This document shows, one piece after another, positions 1-10,117 of a DNA stretch of 63,832 bases; positions within the stretch are counted from its first letter, which is position 1, and every line of letters begins with the position of its first letter. Under the pieces are notes generated by a model, which ran no database searches, was not told where the DNA came from, and saw nothing but the letters and a program-made list of their open reading frames with translations. The stretch spans positions 62,169 to 126,000 of the forward strand of contig CM119265.1 in NCBI GenBank assembly GCA_051294375.1, written 5' to 3'. Source of the DNA: Paraspadella gotoi. Taxonomy: Eukaryota > Animalia > Chaetognatha. A program made the position numbers and the translations under genes.

Positions 1-14
1 GCCGGCGGGAGGAG

Positions 15-3000
15 GTGAATTCTATCCCGTCCGGCCATATAATCGATTCAAAAGATTCACTCCTCTTTGTGCACGACGTCGACAATAAGCTCAAGTGGCT
101 CGTCGACGGCGGCGCAACAGTTTCCATCATTCCCCCAACGAGAGNNNNNNNNNNAAGAGGGGAATCTTCTACTAAACTCAAAGCCGCCAACGGCTCCCAT
201 ATAGCCTGCTATGNNNNNNNNNNCGTTCAGATCCGTCTTGGCAAGAGAAAATTTCCCTTCACGGTAACAATAGCAGATGTCACCCAACCCATCCTCGGAT
301 CAGACTTTCTGGCCGAGCATTACTTAGCCCCCAACCATCGCGATGGTTTTTTATTCGATCTGAACGACTTTAGTACAATTCCAGCCTCAAAGGCCAACAA
401 ACAAAATCCTATTCGAATTAACTTTGTTCATCAGGCAGATGACCCATACTATAAGCTCCTCGATACATATCACGACCTTTGTACACCTTCATTCCAACCG
501 ACCGAGCCCAAACATGGAGTCAGACACCATATTCCCACAACAGGCCGTCCAGTACAATCTAGAGCACGTCGCCTCGCTCCAGACAAATTAGAAGTCGCCA
601 AGAAGGAACTCGACAAACTTTGTGACCTCGGCATCGCTCGCCGCGCCAAAAGTGAGTGGGCGTCGCCTCTACTCGTGGTAAATAAACCCGACGGCGGTTA
701 CAGAGTGTGTGGAGATTTCCGCCGCCTGAATAATTTCAACTATCGACGACAAATATCCCGTCAAAACTCTTAACGACTTCAACGCGAACCTCTGCGGCAA
801 AAAAGTATTCAGCAAGATCGATTTACTAAAAGGGTATCATCAGATACCAGTCGCAGAGGAAGACGTTGCAAAAACCGGCGTCATAACACCATTTGGCCTT
901 TACGTCTTTCCCCGCACGCCTTTTGGCTTAAAAAACGCGGGGCAAGACTTTCAGCGCCTTATGGACGAGATACTGGATGGTCTTCCCTTCGTCTTTGTTT
1001 ATATCGACGACATCTTAGTCGCCTCCGAGAATCACGCTGAGCATGAACAACATCTCCGCCAAGTATTCGACACTCTCCATTCGAACGGCCTCGTCGTCAA
1101 CCGACAGAAATGCGTTCTAGGAAAGCCAGAGCTCGAATTTCTCGGATATAAAATCGACGCCAACGGCATCTCACCACTACCGGATAGAGTAGCCGCTATC
1201 AACAAAACGACGCCGCCTACGACGATCAAGGAACTTCAGAGGTTCCTTGGACTCGTCAACTACTATCGACGCTTCATCTCGCGATCTGCACATCACCTCT
1301 ACCCTTTATTCGAGGCACTCAAATCGAAAGAAAGACCACGCGTGCTTAGGTGGACGGAAGATTGTCAAAAATCTTTCGAATCGATCAAAAACGCCTTATC
1401 ACACGCCACAATGCTCTCTCATCCTCGCCCTGGCGCCTCCCTAGCGATTACATCCGACGCATCAAACTCCGCTATCGGAGCGGTGCTGGAGCGAGGCCCG
1501 TCGTGGCTGGGACCTTAGCTTTCTTTTCAGCTAAGTTACAAAAAAATCACAACAGCTTTGGCCTCCCTTCGACAGGGAACTGCTCGCCGCCTGGCGGGCG
1601 ATTCGACACTTCAGGACGATGGTCGAGGGACGCCATTTCACTTTATATACAGATCACAAATCCCTCATCCCCGCTCTCGCCAAGAAATCGGAGCCACACA
1701 CGGCGAGACAAACATACCAACTAGCGGGGATAGCGGAATACACCACTGACATACAATATTTAGCAGGCAAGGCAAACGTCGTCGCCGACTCCCTCTCACG
1801 CCCAAATGTCGAGAGAGAGCCGGAAATAAATCCTACTCCTTCCTCTCCCCCTCCCTCTCCCACTCCCCAACCTCTCTTNNNNNNNNNNTCTGCCCCTAAA
1901 CCCTCTCCTCCCCCAATTATCGCTTCAATCTCAAAAGAAATTCCCGCCGAGAAGCATCAACAACTCGAACAATTCGCTAACTCCATTTTCCAACATGGCG
2001 TCGACATCGAGAAAATGGCCGCGGATCAACCTCTCGACGCAGAATATCGCCAAATCACAAGCGACGCGACATCGGGCTTAAGATTTCGTCAAATCCCCAT
2101 CGGATCGTCGTCAATCGTCGTTGACGTGAGCAACGGCCCACCACGCCCCTTCGTGCCTTTCTCATGGCGCCGTCGCGTCTTCGAAACAATACACAATCTT
2201 GGCCATCCCGGCGTCGAGCGTACTCGACAAACAATTTCAGAAAAATTCGTCTGGCCCTCAATGAGATCGGATGTCTCTCGATNNNNNNNNNNATGCCAAG
2301 ATTGCCAGCGAGCAAAAGTCACGCGCAACACCGTCCCCGAAATCGGCACCTTTGAATTGCCAGAGCGCCGATTTAATCACATCCACGTCGACATCGTCAC
2401 CCTCCCTCCGTCAAACGGCTTCAATTATGTCCTCACCGCGGTCGACAGGTTTACTCGATGGCCTGTCGCCATCCCAATGAAGGACATTTCCGCCAAATCC
2501 GTCGCCGACGCCTTAGTGCATGGCTGGATAGCCTCCTTCGGCGTCCCGTCCACCATAACGACCGACAGGGGTTCTCAGTTCCTCTCATCGACATGGAAAC
2601 AACTCTTAGGATCATGGGGAATCTCTCATAATCTCACAACGTCGTACCATCCGCAATCGAACGGCCTAGTCGAGAGATTTCATCGACGATTGAAAGAATC
2701 CGTTGATAGCTCTCGGCGCGATAACAATGGACGACTGGTACTGGCGCTTCCGTGCTTCCTTGCTCGCCATAGAAGCTACCGCTTAAAACCAGACGTGGGC
2801 GCCTTGTACGGCGAAGCGATCGCTGTACCGGGAGACTTATTAACGACTCAAACCGGAAGTGACGCCCAAGAACGCGAGCGGCGCCGCCGCACGCTCGCCA
2901 ATCTTCAACTCGAGGTCGCTCGTCTCCAGCCGGCGCCAACCACAACGCATCGCCGTCCTCAGATCCATCTACCCGACGCCCTCCTCCACGCTTCACACGT

Positions 3001-3783
3001 ATTCGTACGACGCGGGGGCGTGGCCACGTCACTCGCGGCGCCTTATCTGGGACCATACCGCGTTATCTCACGCGACGGATTAACATTTAAAATAGCGATT
3101 CCCGGGCGAGGCAATGAAAACGTCTCTATATCACGCCTCAAACCCGCTTTCGAGGCCGACGACGCCACTTCCGGTGACGTTAGACCCCGCACGCCATCGC
3201 CTCCTCCTTCGCCTCCACCTCCAGGCCGGCGCCCCGGCATTCGAACGCGATTTCCGCCTCAATCGACGCGAGTCCTCCGATCAAATTCGAATCGAAGAGA
3301 CTTGTCGCCAAATTCTCCTCCTCCTCCTCCTCCTCCTCCTCCTCCTCCTCCTCCTCCTCCCCCCCTCCCCAGTCTCCTCCCCCACCTCCCTCGCCCATCC
3401 CCAGTCGTCAACAACCCCCAATACGCCTCTGCCTTCACGATTTCCCGCCGCTAAACATAAATGTAAACAAAGCGAGAGGAAATGTAAACAAACGAGCAAA
3501 CCATAAGCGACGACGATAATAACGACGACGCCAACGACGCCGACGACGCTCAAAAAATCGATCGAGACGTCGCCGACGACTCCAGCCAACGCTGATTCAC
3601 ATCCTAATCCCTCCACCCCTTCTCTCCCCTCATTTTTCTCAAGACCCAACCCCGAAGACTTCTCTTATCGAGCATCGAGGCGCCAAATTTCAAACGTCAA
3701 CTCAAATAGCCGTTCCTACGCCACAGTATCTGGCGCACATGCTTCAACAAATCAATAACGAGGAGCCGACATCAACAAACTAA
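15..3783 (+). pseudogene. pol: pol polyprotein of A1, split by several frameshifts (possibly assembly indels)
   Basis: ORFs 15-773 (LVDGGA protease), 961-1518 (YIDD RT, TSDAS RNase H) and 1619-3454 (HNLGH..CQDC, TDRG, NGLVER integrase, GPY motif); tail homology continues to about 3783. Confidence 0.9.
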
Positions 3784-4208
3784 TAAACGCGGTCAGTCGT
3801 TTACAAACATTATCTCGATTCAACTCTTTTTAAATCATGTAATTTTCAAAAACTTTTAACGATTCTATTAAATCGTTCCTGTTTATTCCCTTTTTTTCGT
3901 TGTTATTGGCGAATTAATTATCGCCATCGTTACTATTACCGTTACCGTTACCGTTATCGACATTATCATCTAAGTAAACACATCATCATAAACATCAATT
4001 TACAAATCGTTATGATAAATACTCGTTGAAGTATTTAAAACCCTTTATACAATTTCGTTCTACATCTTTTACAAATTTTCAAACTTTTATTTGTTTACTT
4101 TTAATCGAAAACCGATTTTAATATTCTATTTTCTTACGCAAAGGCAAAAGTTTATTTTTAGACAAAAATTTTGTGAAACTATTTTCCCCTAATTTCGTCT
4201 GGGGGGCA

Positions 4209-4623
4209 TGTAGCCTTTGCCCTGGCACAAAAGTAATTTTATTAATTAATTTAATATATCGAATCACATTAGTAATGTTTATAATACTTATATAACTTAA
4301 TTTCGAATCTCCCTTAATTAATTATATTTTATAAATAACAATGTCATCACCGGATTCGAACCTGCGACCTAAGTGATCCTAGGCCGCCGTCTTACCGATT
4401 CTGCCATCGGGCACATTTACCTGAAAACACCCAAAACCTGGATTAATGTTATTAAGACTCTTACTGACGGCCCTTTTGTTTATATAGTCTATCTCGATGG
4501 CCGCCAGTGGCGTTAATACTTGAATCACAGTAGCACACGCTTTTAACTGTAGTTATTGGGAGATGATTCGATATTATCCAATTCCTGTTTTAACCTCATG
4601 GTGCCAGGTTGTACAATATCTAC
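4209..4623 (+). repeat. 3' LTR of A1
   Basis: follows the PPT; near-identical to 23419-23831, which is followed by a PBS. Confidence 0.93.
4342..4414 (-). promoter_or_regulatory. tRNA-like Pol III A/B-box module inside the LTR, antisense
   Basis: reverse complement has TGGCAGAATCGG and GGTTCGAATCC at tRNA spacing; cloverleaf stems mostly unpaired. Confidence 0.7.
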
Positions 4624-4624
4624 G

Positions 4625-4827
4625 TAGGGTTAGGGTTAGGGTTAGGGTTAGGGTTAGGGTTAGGGTTAGGGTTAGGGTTAGGGTTAGGGTGGGAGGGTTA
4701 GGGTTAGGGTTAGGGTTAGGGTTAGGGTTAGGGTGGTTAGGGTAGGGTTAGGGTTAGGGTTAGGGTTAGGGTTAGGGGTTAGGGTTAGGGTTAGGGTTAG
4801 GGTTAGGGTTAGGGTTAGGGTTAGGGT
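4625..4827 (+). repeat. (TTAGGG)n telomeric repeat tract 1
   Basis: tandem TTAGGG lying directly between two LTRs. Confidence 0.99.
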
Positions 4828-5278
4828 TGTAGCCTTCAGTCCTGGCACCAAAATTAATTATTATTAATTATAGTATTTTATTTACAAAGGAACCAATTAA
4901 TAATTATCTTTCGAATTATGTAATACATCTTTTTATGTCTCCTAAATTAATTTATATATTATAAATAGCATGCCCTCACTCGGATTCGAACCCCCGACCT
5001 TTCGAGCCAAAGTCGAGCGTTCTAACCATTAAGCCATGATGGCTCTGTTACTCAAAGACATCCAAAACTCGGAGTAATATTATTTCCTTAATATCTCTTC
5101 TCATATTCGATGCTCTTTTGTTATTATCAACTCCCCTAATGGTTCAAGCTCGTTACTAATAACTCAGAGGGCTCTGTATTCGGAGACTAACCGTTTTCAG
5201 GAATTAACGTTTGGAGACTTTCCTGGTTCCTATTTCAATCCTGTTTTTCCCTCGCGGTGCCAGGCTTTCACATCTACA
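4828..5278 (+). repeat. 5' LTR of A2
   Basis: TGTAG...CTACA termini, followed by 2 nt and the PBS. Confidence 0.9.
4971..5043 (-). promoter_or_regulatory. tRNA-like (Gln-TTG-like) A/B-box module inside the LTR, antisense
   Basis: reverse complement GCCATCA TGGCTTAATGGTTAGAAC G CTCGA CTTTGGC TCGAA AGGTC GGGGG TTCGAAT CCGAG TGAGGGC A; acceptor stem 6/7, anticodon stem 4/5, T stem broken. Confidence 0.75.
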
Positions 5279-5280
5279 AG

Positions 5281-5319
5281 TGGTGAGCCCAACTTAAGAA
5301 CCTAATCCAACCTTCTGAC
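5281..5319 (+). promoter_or_regulatory. primer binding site (tRNA-Trp type) with a second complementary box
   Basis: TGGTGAGCCCAAC 2 nt after the LTR, then CAACCTTCTGA. Confidence 0.8.
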
Positions 5320-5642
5320 ACTATGTCCAACAAATAACTAATGCCTTAGGGAAAACTTATTCATCGAAATAGTACTCATAAGCCTTAGAAACTTTTACCT
5401 ACAAAATTAGAACTGGAAACCTCTGATTCTCTCTCTAAAACTACAAACGAATCTCAATTGAAGAATCAACTACAAGAAGTCAAAACGAGATCAAGTGGAA
5501 GCTCAAGCGGACTATTACTTCTCCCTCAGGTAGGCAAGAAGTGAAATAAAATTAGGCTTTGCATCCTTGCCTATCTCTCATCGCCTTCCACTCTCCCTAT
5601 TATTTCCCTACCAATCTCGAAACCCACGTCGTCCTTCAACGA

Positions 5643-6718
5643 ATGAGTGGTCCCGCTGGAGGCACCCGCGCTCGCGCAGCGCATCAGGACAGCCCCGCCA
5701 ACGCATCTCCGCGTCGACACGAGCATTCGAATCGTCTAGCGCCGCCGGCGCCGATTGGATTCGGTCGAGGGCGTCGCTCTCCAAATCTAAGTGAGGCCCA
5801 GAACGATTTCCAATTCCCCACGACCGCGATGGCCGCGGCACCGGATCCTGATCCCCAAGCCGACCTCGTGCGCACCCTAGCGGCCACCCTCGCAGCGTCC
5901 CTTCAAGGCCTCGCGATCAAAAAGCCAAAATTACCCGACTTCGACGCCGAAAATGTGGAGCTGTGGATACAGCGGATAGAGGCGGCGTACACTCGCGCCG
6001 GCACTTCATCTCCTAAAGAGAAATTCGCCCATCTGGAGGACAAGTTTTCAGTGGACTTCAACCCCCGCGTCAACTCCTTCTTATTCGGCGAGGCAACCGA
6101 GTCTCGTTGGAAAGACTTTCTTGATTATTTGAGAACCGAATATGGCCGCACCCGATCTCAACAGGCCGCCTCCTGATCGACGGCACCCGTCGAGAGGGCC
6201 GGCGCCCATCGCAACTCCTCGCCATCATGAAGGAGAAAGCCGGCAAGGTGAGCGTGGACGACATACTCAAGGAACTACTCCTCAGAGAGCTACCTTCAGA
6301 AGTGCAGCGCAGCCTCGCCGAGCGAGTCGAAAAAGTCGACGCCGAGGCCGCCGCCAAATTTGCCGACGCCTACTTCGACCGCGAAGGCAAATTGATTCAT
6401 CACTCGACTCCCAGCACAGCGTACGCCGTCCAACAGCCAATCACGCCTCTTATGCAAAGCGAGACGCCTTTCTCAGACGACGTTAACGCCATCAATCGTC
6501 AACGACCAGGCCAATCGAATCGTCGACCATTCAACGCACCTCGACGACCAGTGAACGCCAGCAGGGCACCGACATCTCAGCCGAGCAGTCAGCAGAAGAC
6601 GACTAAAGTCGAAATCTGTTTCTATCACAAAAAGTTTGGCGACGCCGCCAAAAATTGTGAACCAGGCTGCTACAGGCAACAGCAACAGGAAAACTCGAGG
6701 GCCGGCGGGAGGAAGTGA
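5643..6718 (+). CDS. gag: Gag of A2 (one frameshift near 6172)
   Basis: LPDFDAENVELWIQR motif; C-terminal C-x2-H-x9-C-x3-C (CFYHKKFGDAAKNCEPGC). Confidence 0.9.
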
Positions 6719-6736
6719 ATGCCATCCCGGCCGGCC
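6688..6736 (+). promoter_or_regulatory. putative -1 ribosomal frameshift signal
   Basis: G_GAA_AAC in the gag frame, 5-nt spacer, hairpin GGCCGGCGGGA/TCCCGGCCGGCC; pol is in the -1 frame. Confidence 0.75.
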
Positions 6737-9700
6737 AAGTAATAGATTCCAAAGATTCACTTTTATTCGCGTACGACGTCGACAACAAATTGAACTGGCT
6801 CGTCGACGGCGGCGCGACCGTCTCCATAGTTCCTCCAACGAATGCTGAGCGGGAACGAGGAGCGACATCAACTAAATTGAAGGCCGCAAATGGCACTCCA
6901 ATACCTTGCTACGGCTACAAGGACGTCCAGGTCCGCCTTGGAGGCCGCAAATTCCCTTTTACAGTAACTATCGCTGAAGTTACACAACCCATACTCGGCT
7001 CAGACTTCTTAGCCGAACACTACCTCGCTCCAAACCACAGAGATGGATTTTTATTCGACCTGAGAGATTTTACAACCATAACCGCATCAAAAGCAAGCCA
7101 AAAACAAACAGTGAATCGCGTCAACTTCGTCAATCAAGCCGACGATCCCTATTATAGACTTTTAGATACATATCACGACTTATGCACCCCGTCTTTCCAA
7201 CCAACAGAACCAAAGCACGGGGTCAGGCATTATATACCCACCACGGGACGGCCAGTACAATCTCGAGCCCGCCGTCTAGCACCAGACAAACTAGAGGTGG
7301 CCAAAAAAGAGCTCGACAAGCTTTGTGAGCTGGGCATCGCTCGCCGCGCCAAGAGTGAGTGGGCGTCGCCCCTCTTAGTAGTGAACAAACCAGATGGTGG
7401 TCACCGAGTTTGTGGCGATTTCCGTCGCCTTAATAACGCCACTCTGGACGACAAGTATCCAGTGAAAACCCTAAACGATTTTAATGCAAATCTAAGCGGA
7501 AAACAAATCTTCAGTAAAATAGACTTATTGAAGGGCTATCACCAGATACCCGTGGCGGAGGAAGACGTGGCAAAAACTGGCGTTATTACGCCATTCGGAC
7601 TATACGTTTTTCCTCGGACCCCGTTCGGACTTAAGAACGCGGGTCAGGATTTCCAACGCCTAATGGATGAGATCCTGGACGGGTTACCCTTCGTTTTCGT
7701 CTATATCGACGATATTCTCGTCGCCTCCGACAATCCTCAACAGCATGAGCAGCATCTCCGCGAGGTTTTCGACGTCCTTCATCAGAATGGTTTAGTCGTG
7801 AATCGACAAAAATGCGTGCTCGGCAAATCAGAACTCGATTTCCTTGGATACAGGATCAACACTAACGGAATCGCCCCTCTACCGGATCGAGTAGCCGCCA
7901 TAAGCGAGACAACTCCTCCGACGACAATAAAGGAACTACAGCGATTCCTAGGACTCATTAACTACTATAGACGCTTCATTCCTCGATCCGCTCATCATTT
8001 GTATCCATTATTCGAAGCACTCAAATCGAAAACGAGGCCACGCGTTTTGAATTGGACTACAGATTGTCAAACAGCTTTCGAGTCAATCAAAAAAGCTCTA
8101 GCTCAAGCGACAATGTTATGTCATCCACGACCAACGGCGAAACTCGCAGTGACATCTGACGCCTCCAATACAGCGATCGGCGCCGTCTTGGAGCAACGGG
8201 GTCCCAAAGGATGGGAACCGTTGGCATTTTTTTCGGCGAAGCTTCAAAAAAACCAACAACTCTGGCCGCCTTTCGATCGGGAGCTGCTCGCTGCATGGCG
8301 AGCAATACGACATTTCAGGCCGATGATCGAAGGCAGAAGTTTCACTTTATATACTGATCACAAGTCTTTAGTCCCAGCACTCGCCAAAAAGACGGAGCCA
8401 CATACCGCGCGACAGACTTATCAATTAGCCGGCATTGCAGAATTTACTACAGATATTCAATACTTAGCCGGAAAAGCCAATGTCGTCGCCGATTCTCTCT
8501 CTCGTCCCAACGTCGAGCCAGAACCAAGAGCAACGTCTCCTCCTCTTTCTCCCCCTCCCCACTCACCAACCCCTTTTTCCCCCTTCTTCCCCTTCCAGGA
8601 AACCCAAATTCCTCCAAATAGTGGCGTCAATCAACAAAGAAGTCGTCCCGGAGAAGAAACAGCTCGTCAATCAACTCGCGGGCTCCATCCTCCAATACGG
8701 CGTCAACCTCGAGCAGCTGGCCGCGGACCAGCCGCTTGACGCCGACTATCGACGCATCTCAACGGACGCAGCTTCTGGACTTCGATTTCGACAGGTTCCT
8801 ATCGGCAAAACATCAATAATCGTCGACGTCAGCAACGGCCCTCCAAGACCCTTCGTGCCTTACTCATGGCGTCGACGCGTATTTGAGACGATCCATAACC
8901 TAGGACACCCAGGCGTTGAACGAACTCGCCAAACGGTGGCTGAAAAATTCGTTTGGCCCTCCATGCGTTCCGACGTCTCGAAATGGTCACGTGAGTGTCA
9001 AGACTGTCAACGAGCAAAGGTGACTCGCAACACTGTGCCGGAAATCGGCACCTTCGAGCTGCCCGACCGACGCTTCAGTCACATACACGTCGATATTGTG
9101 ACCCTTCCCCCCTCCAACGGCTATAATTATATCCTCACAGCGGTGGACCGCTTCACCAGATGGCCGGTGGCCATTCCGATGAAGGATATAAACGCCAAGA
9201 CTGTCGCTGACGCCCTCGTCCACGGATGGGTCTCATCCTTTGGCGTCCCCTCCACTATCACAACCGACCGGGGATCCCAATTTCTCTCGACAACGTGGCG
9301 ACAATTACTTACATCATGGGGAATTAAACATAATACAANNNNNNNNNNNNNNNCTCAATCTAACGGACTCGTGGAACGATTTCACCGTCGCCTCAAGGAG
9401 TCACTCATCGCCCTCGGCGCCGACTCCAGAGGCGATTGGTATTGGCGCCTCCCCTGCTCGCTACTGGCGATACGAACAACTCTAAAACCCGACATAGGAG
9501 CGACGCCGGCCGAACTAGTCTATGGCGAAACGATTGCCGTCCCCGGCGACCTCATTTCCAGCCAAACCGGAAGTGACGCCGGCGAGCGTCAACAACGCCA
9601 GCGCACACTCGCTAAGCTTCAACTCGAAGTCGCCAGGCTCCAGCCCGCTCCTACGACCACACATCGTCAGCCTCAACTTCATCTTCCGGAAGCACTGCGC

Positions 9701-10017
9701 CACGCCTCCCACGTCTTCGTACGCCGAGGCGGCGTCACCTCGACACTCTCCGCTCCGTACCTCGGCCCTTATCGAGTCATTTCCCGCGACGAATTTACTT
9801 TTAAATTGGCAATTCCCGGCCGCGCAAACGAAAACGTCTCCATTTCACGTTTGAAACCCGCCTACGAGGCGGACGACGACGCCGCCGACAACGCCAGCCC
9901 GCCCAACACGCCTTCGACGCCTCCCTCGCCTCCTCCGCCAGGCCGTCGACCCGGCGTCCGCACTCGCGAGCCGCCTCCGTCGACACGAATCCTCCGATCG
10001 AATCGAAATAGTGATAT
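6715..10017 (+). CDS. pol: Pol of A2 (PR-RT-RH-IN; frameshift in the Pro-rich linker near 8560-8620; runs into the gap)
   Basis: ORFs 6715-8739 and 8480-10120 carry all catalytic motifs. Confidence 0.92.
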
Positions 10018-10117
10018 NNNNNNNNNNNNNNNNNNNNNNNNNNNNNNNNNNNNNNNNNNNNNNNNNNNNNNNNNNNNNNNNNNNNNNNNNNNNNNNNNNN
10101 NNNNNNNNNNNNNNNNN

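Larger units (their letters stand above)
1..4623 (+). mobile_element. Ty3/Gypsy LTR retrotransposon, family A copy A1 (5' part outside the window)
   Basis: pol with PR, RT, RNase H and IN motifs; AT-rich 3' UTR; PPT GGGGGGCA at 4201-4208; 3' LTR from TGTAGCC (4209) to ...TCTAC (4623), followed by TTAGGG repeats. Confidence 0.95.
4828..10017 (+). mobile_element. Ty3/Gypsy element, family A copy A2 (3' end lost in N gap)
   Basis: 5' LTR 4828-5278, PBS at 5281, gag, pol. Confidence 0.95.

Noticed and set aside
4971-5043. Functional tRNA-Gln gene (and other tRNA genes in LTRs)
   Set aside because: T stem pairs only 2 of 5, the D stem is imperfect and the anticodon differs among LTRs; kept only as a tRNA-like promoter module.
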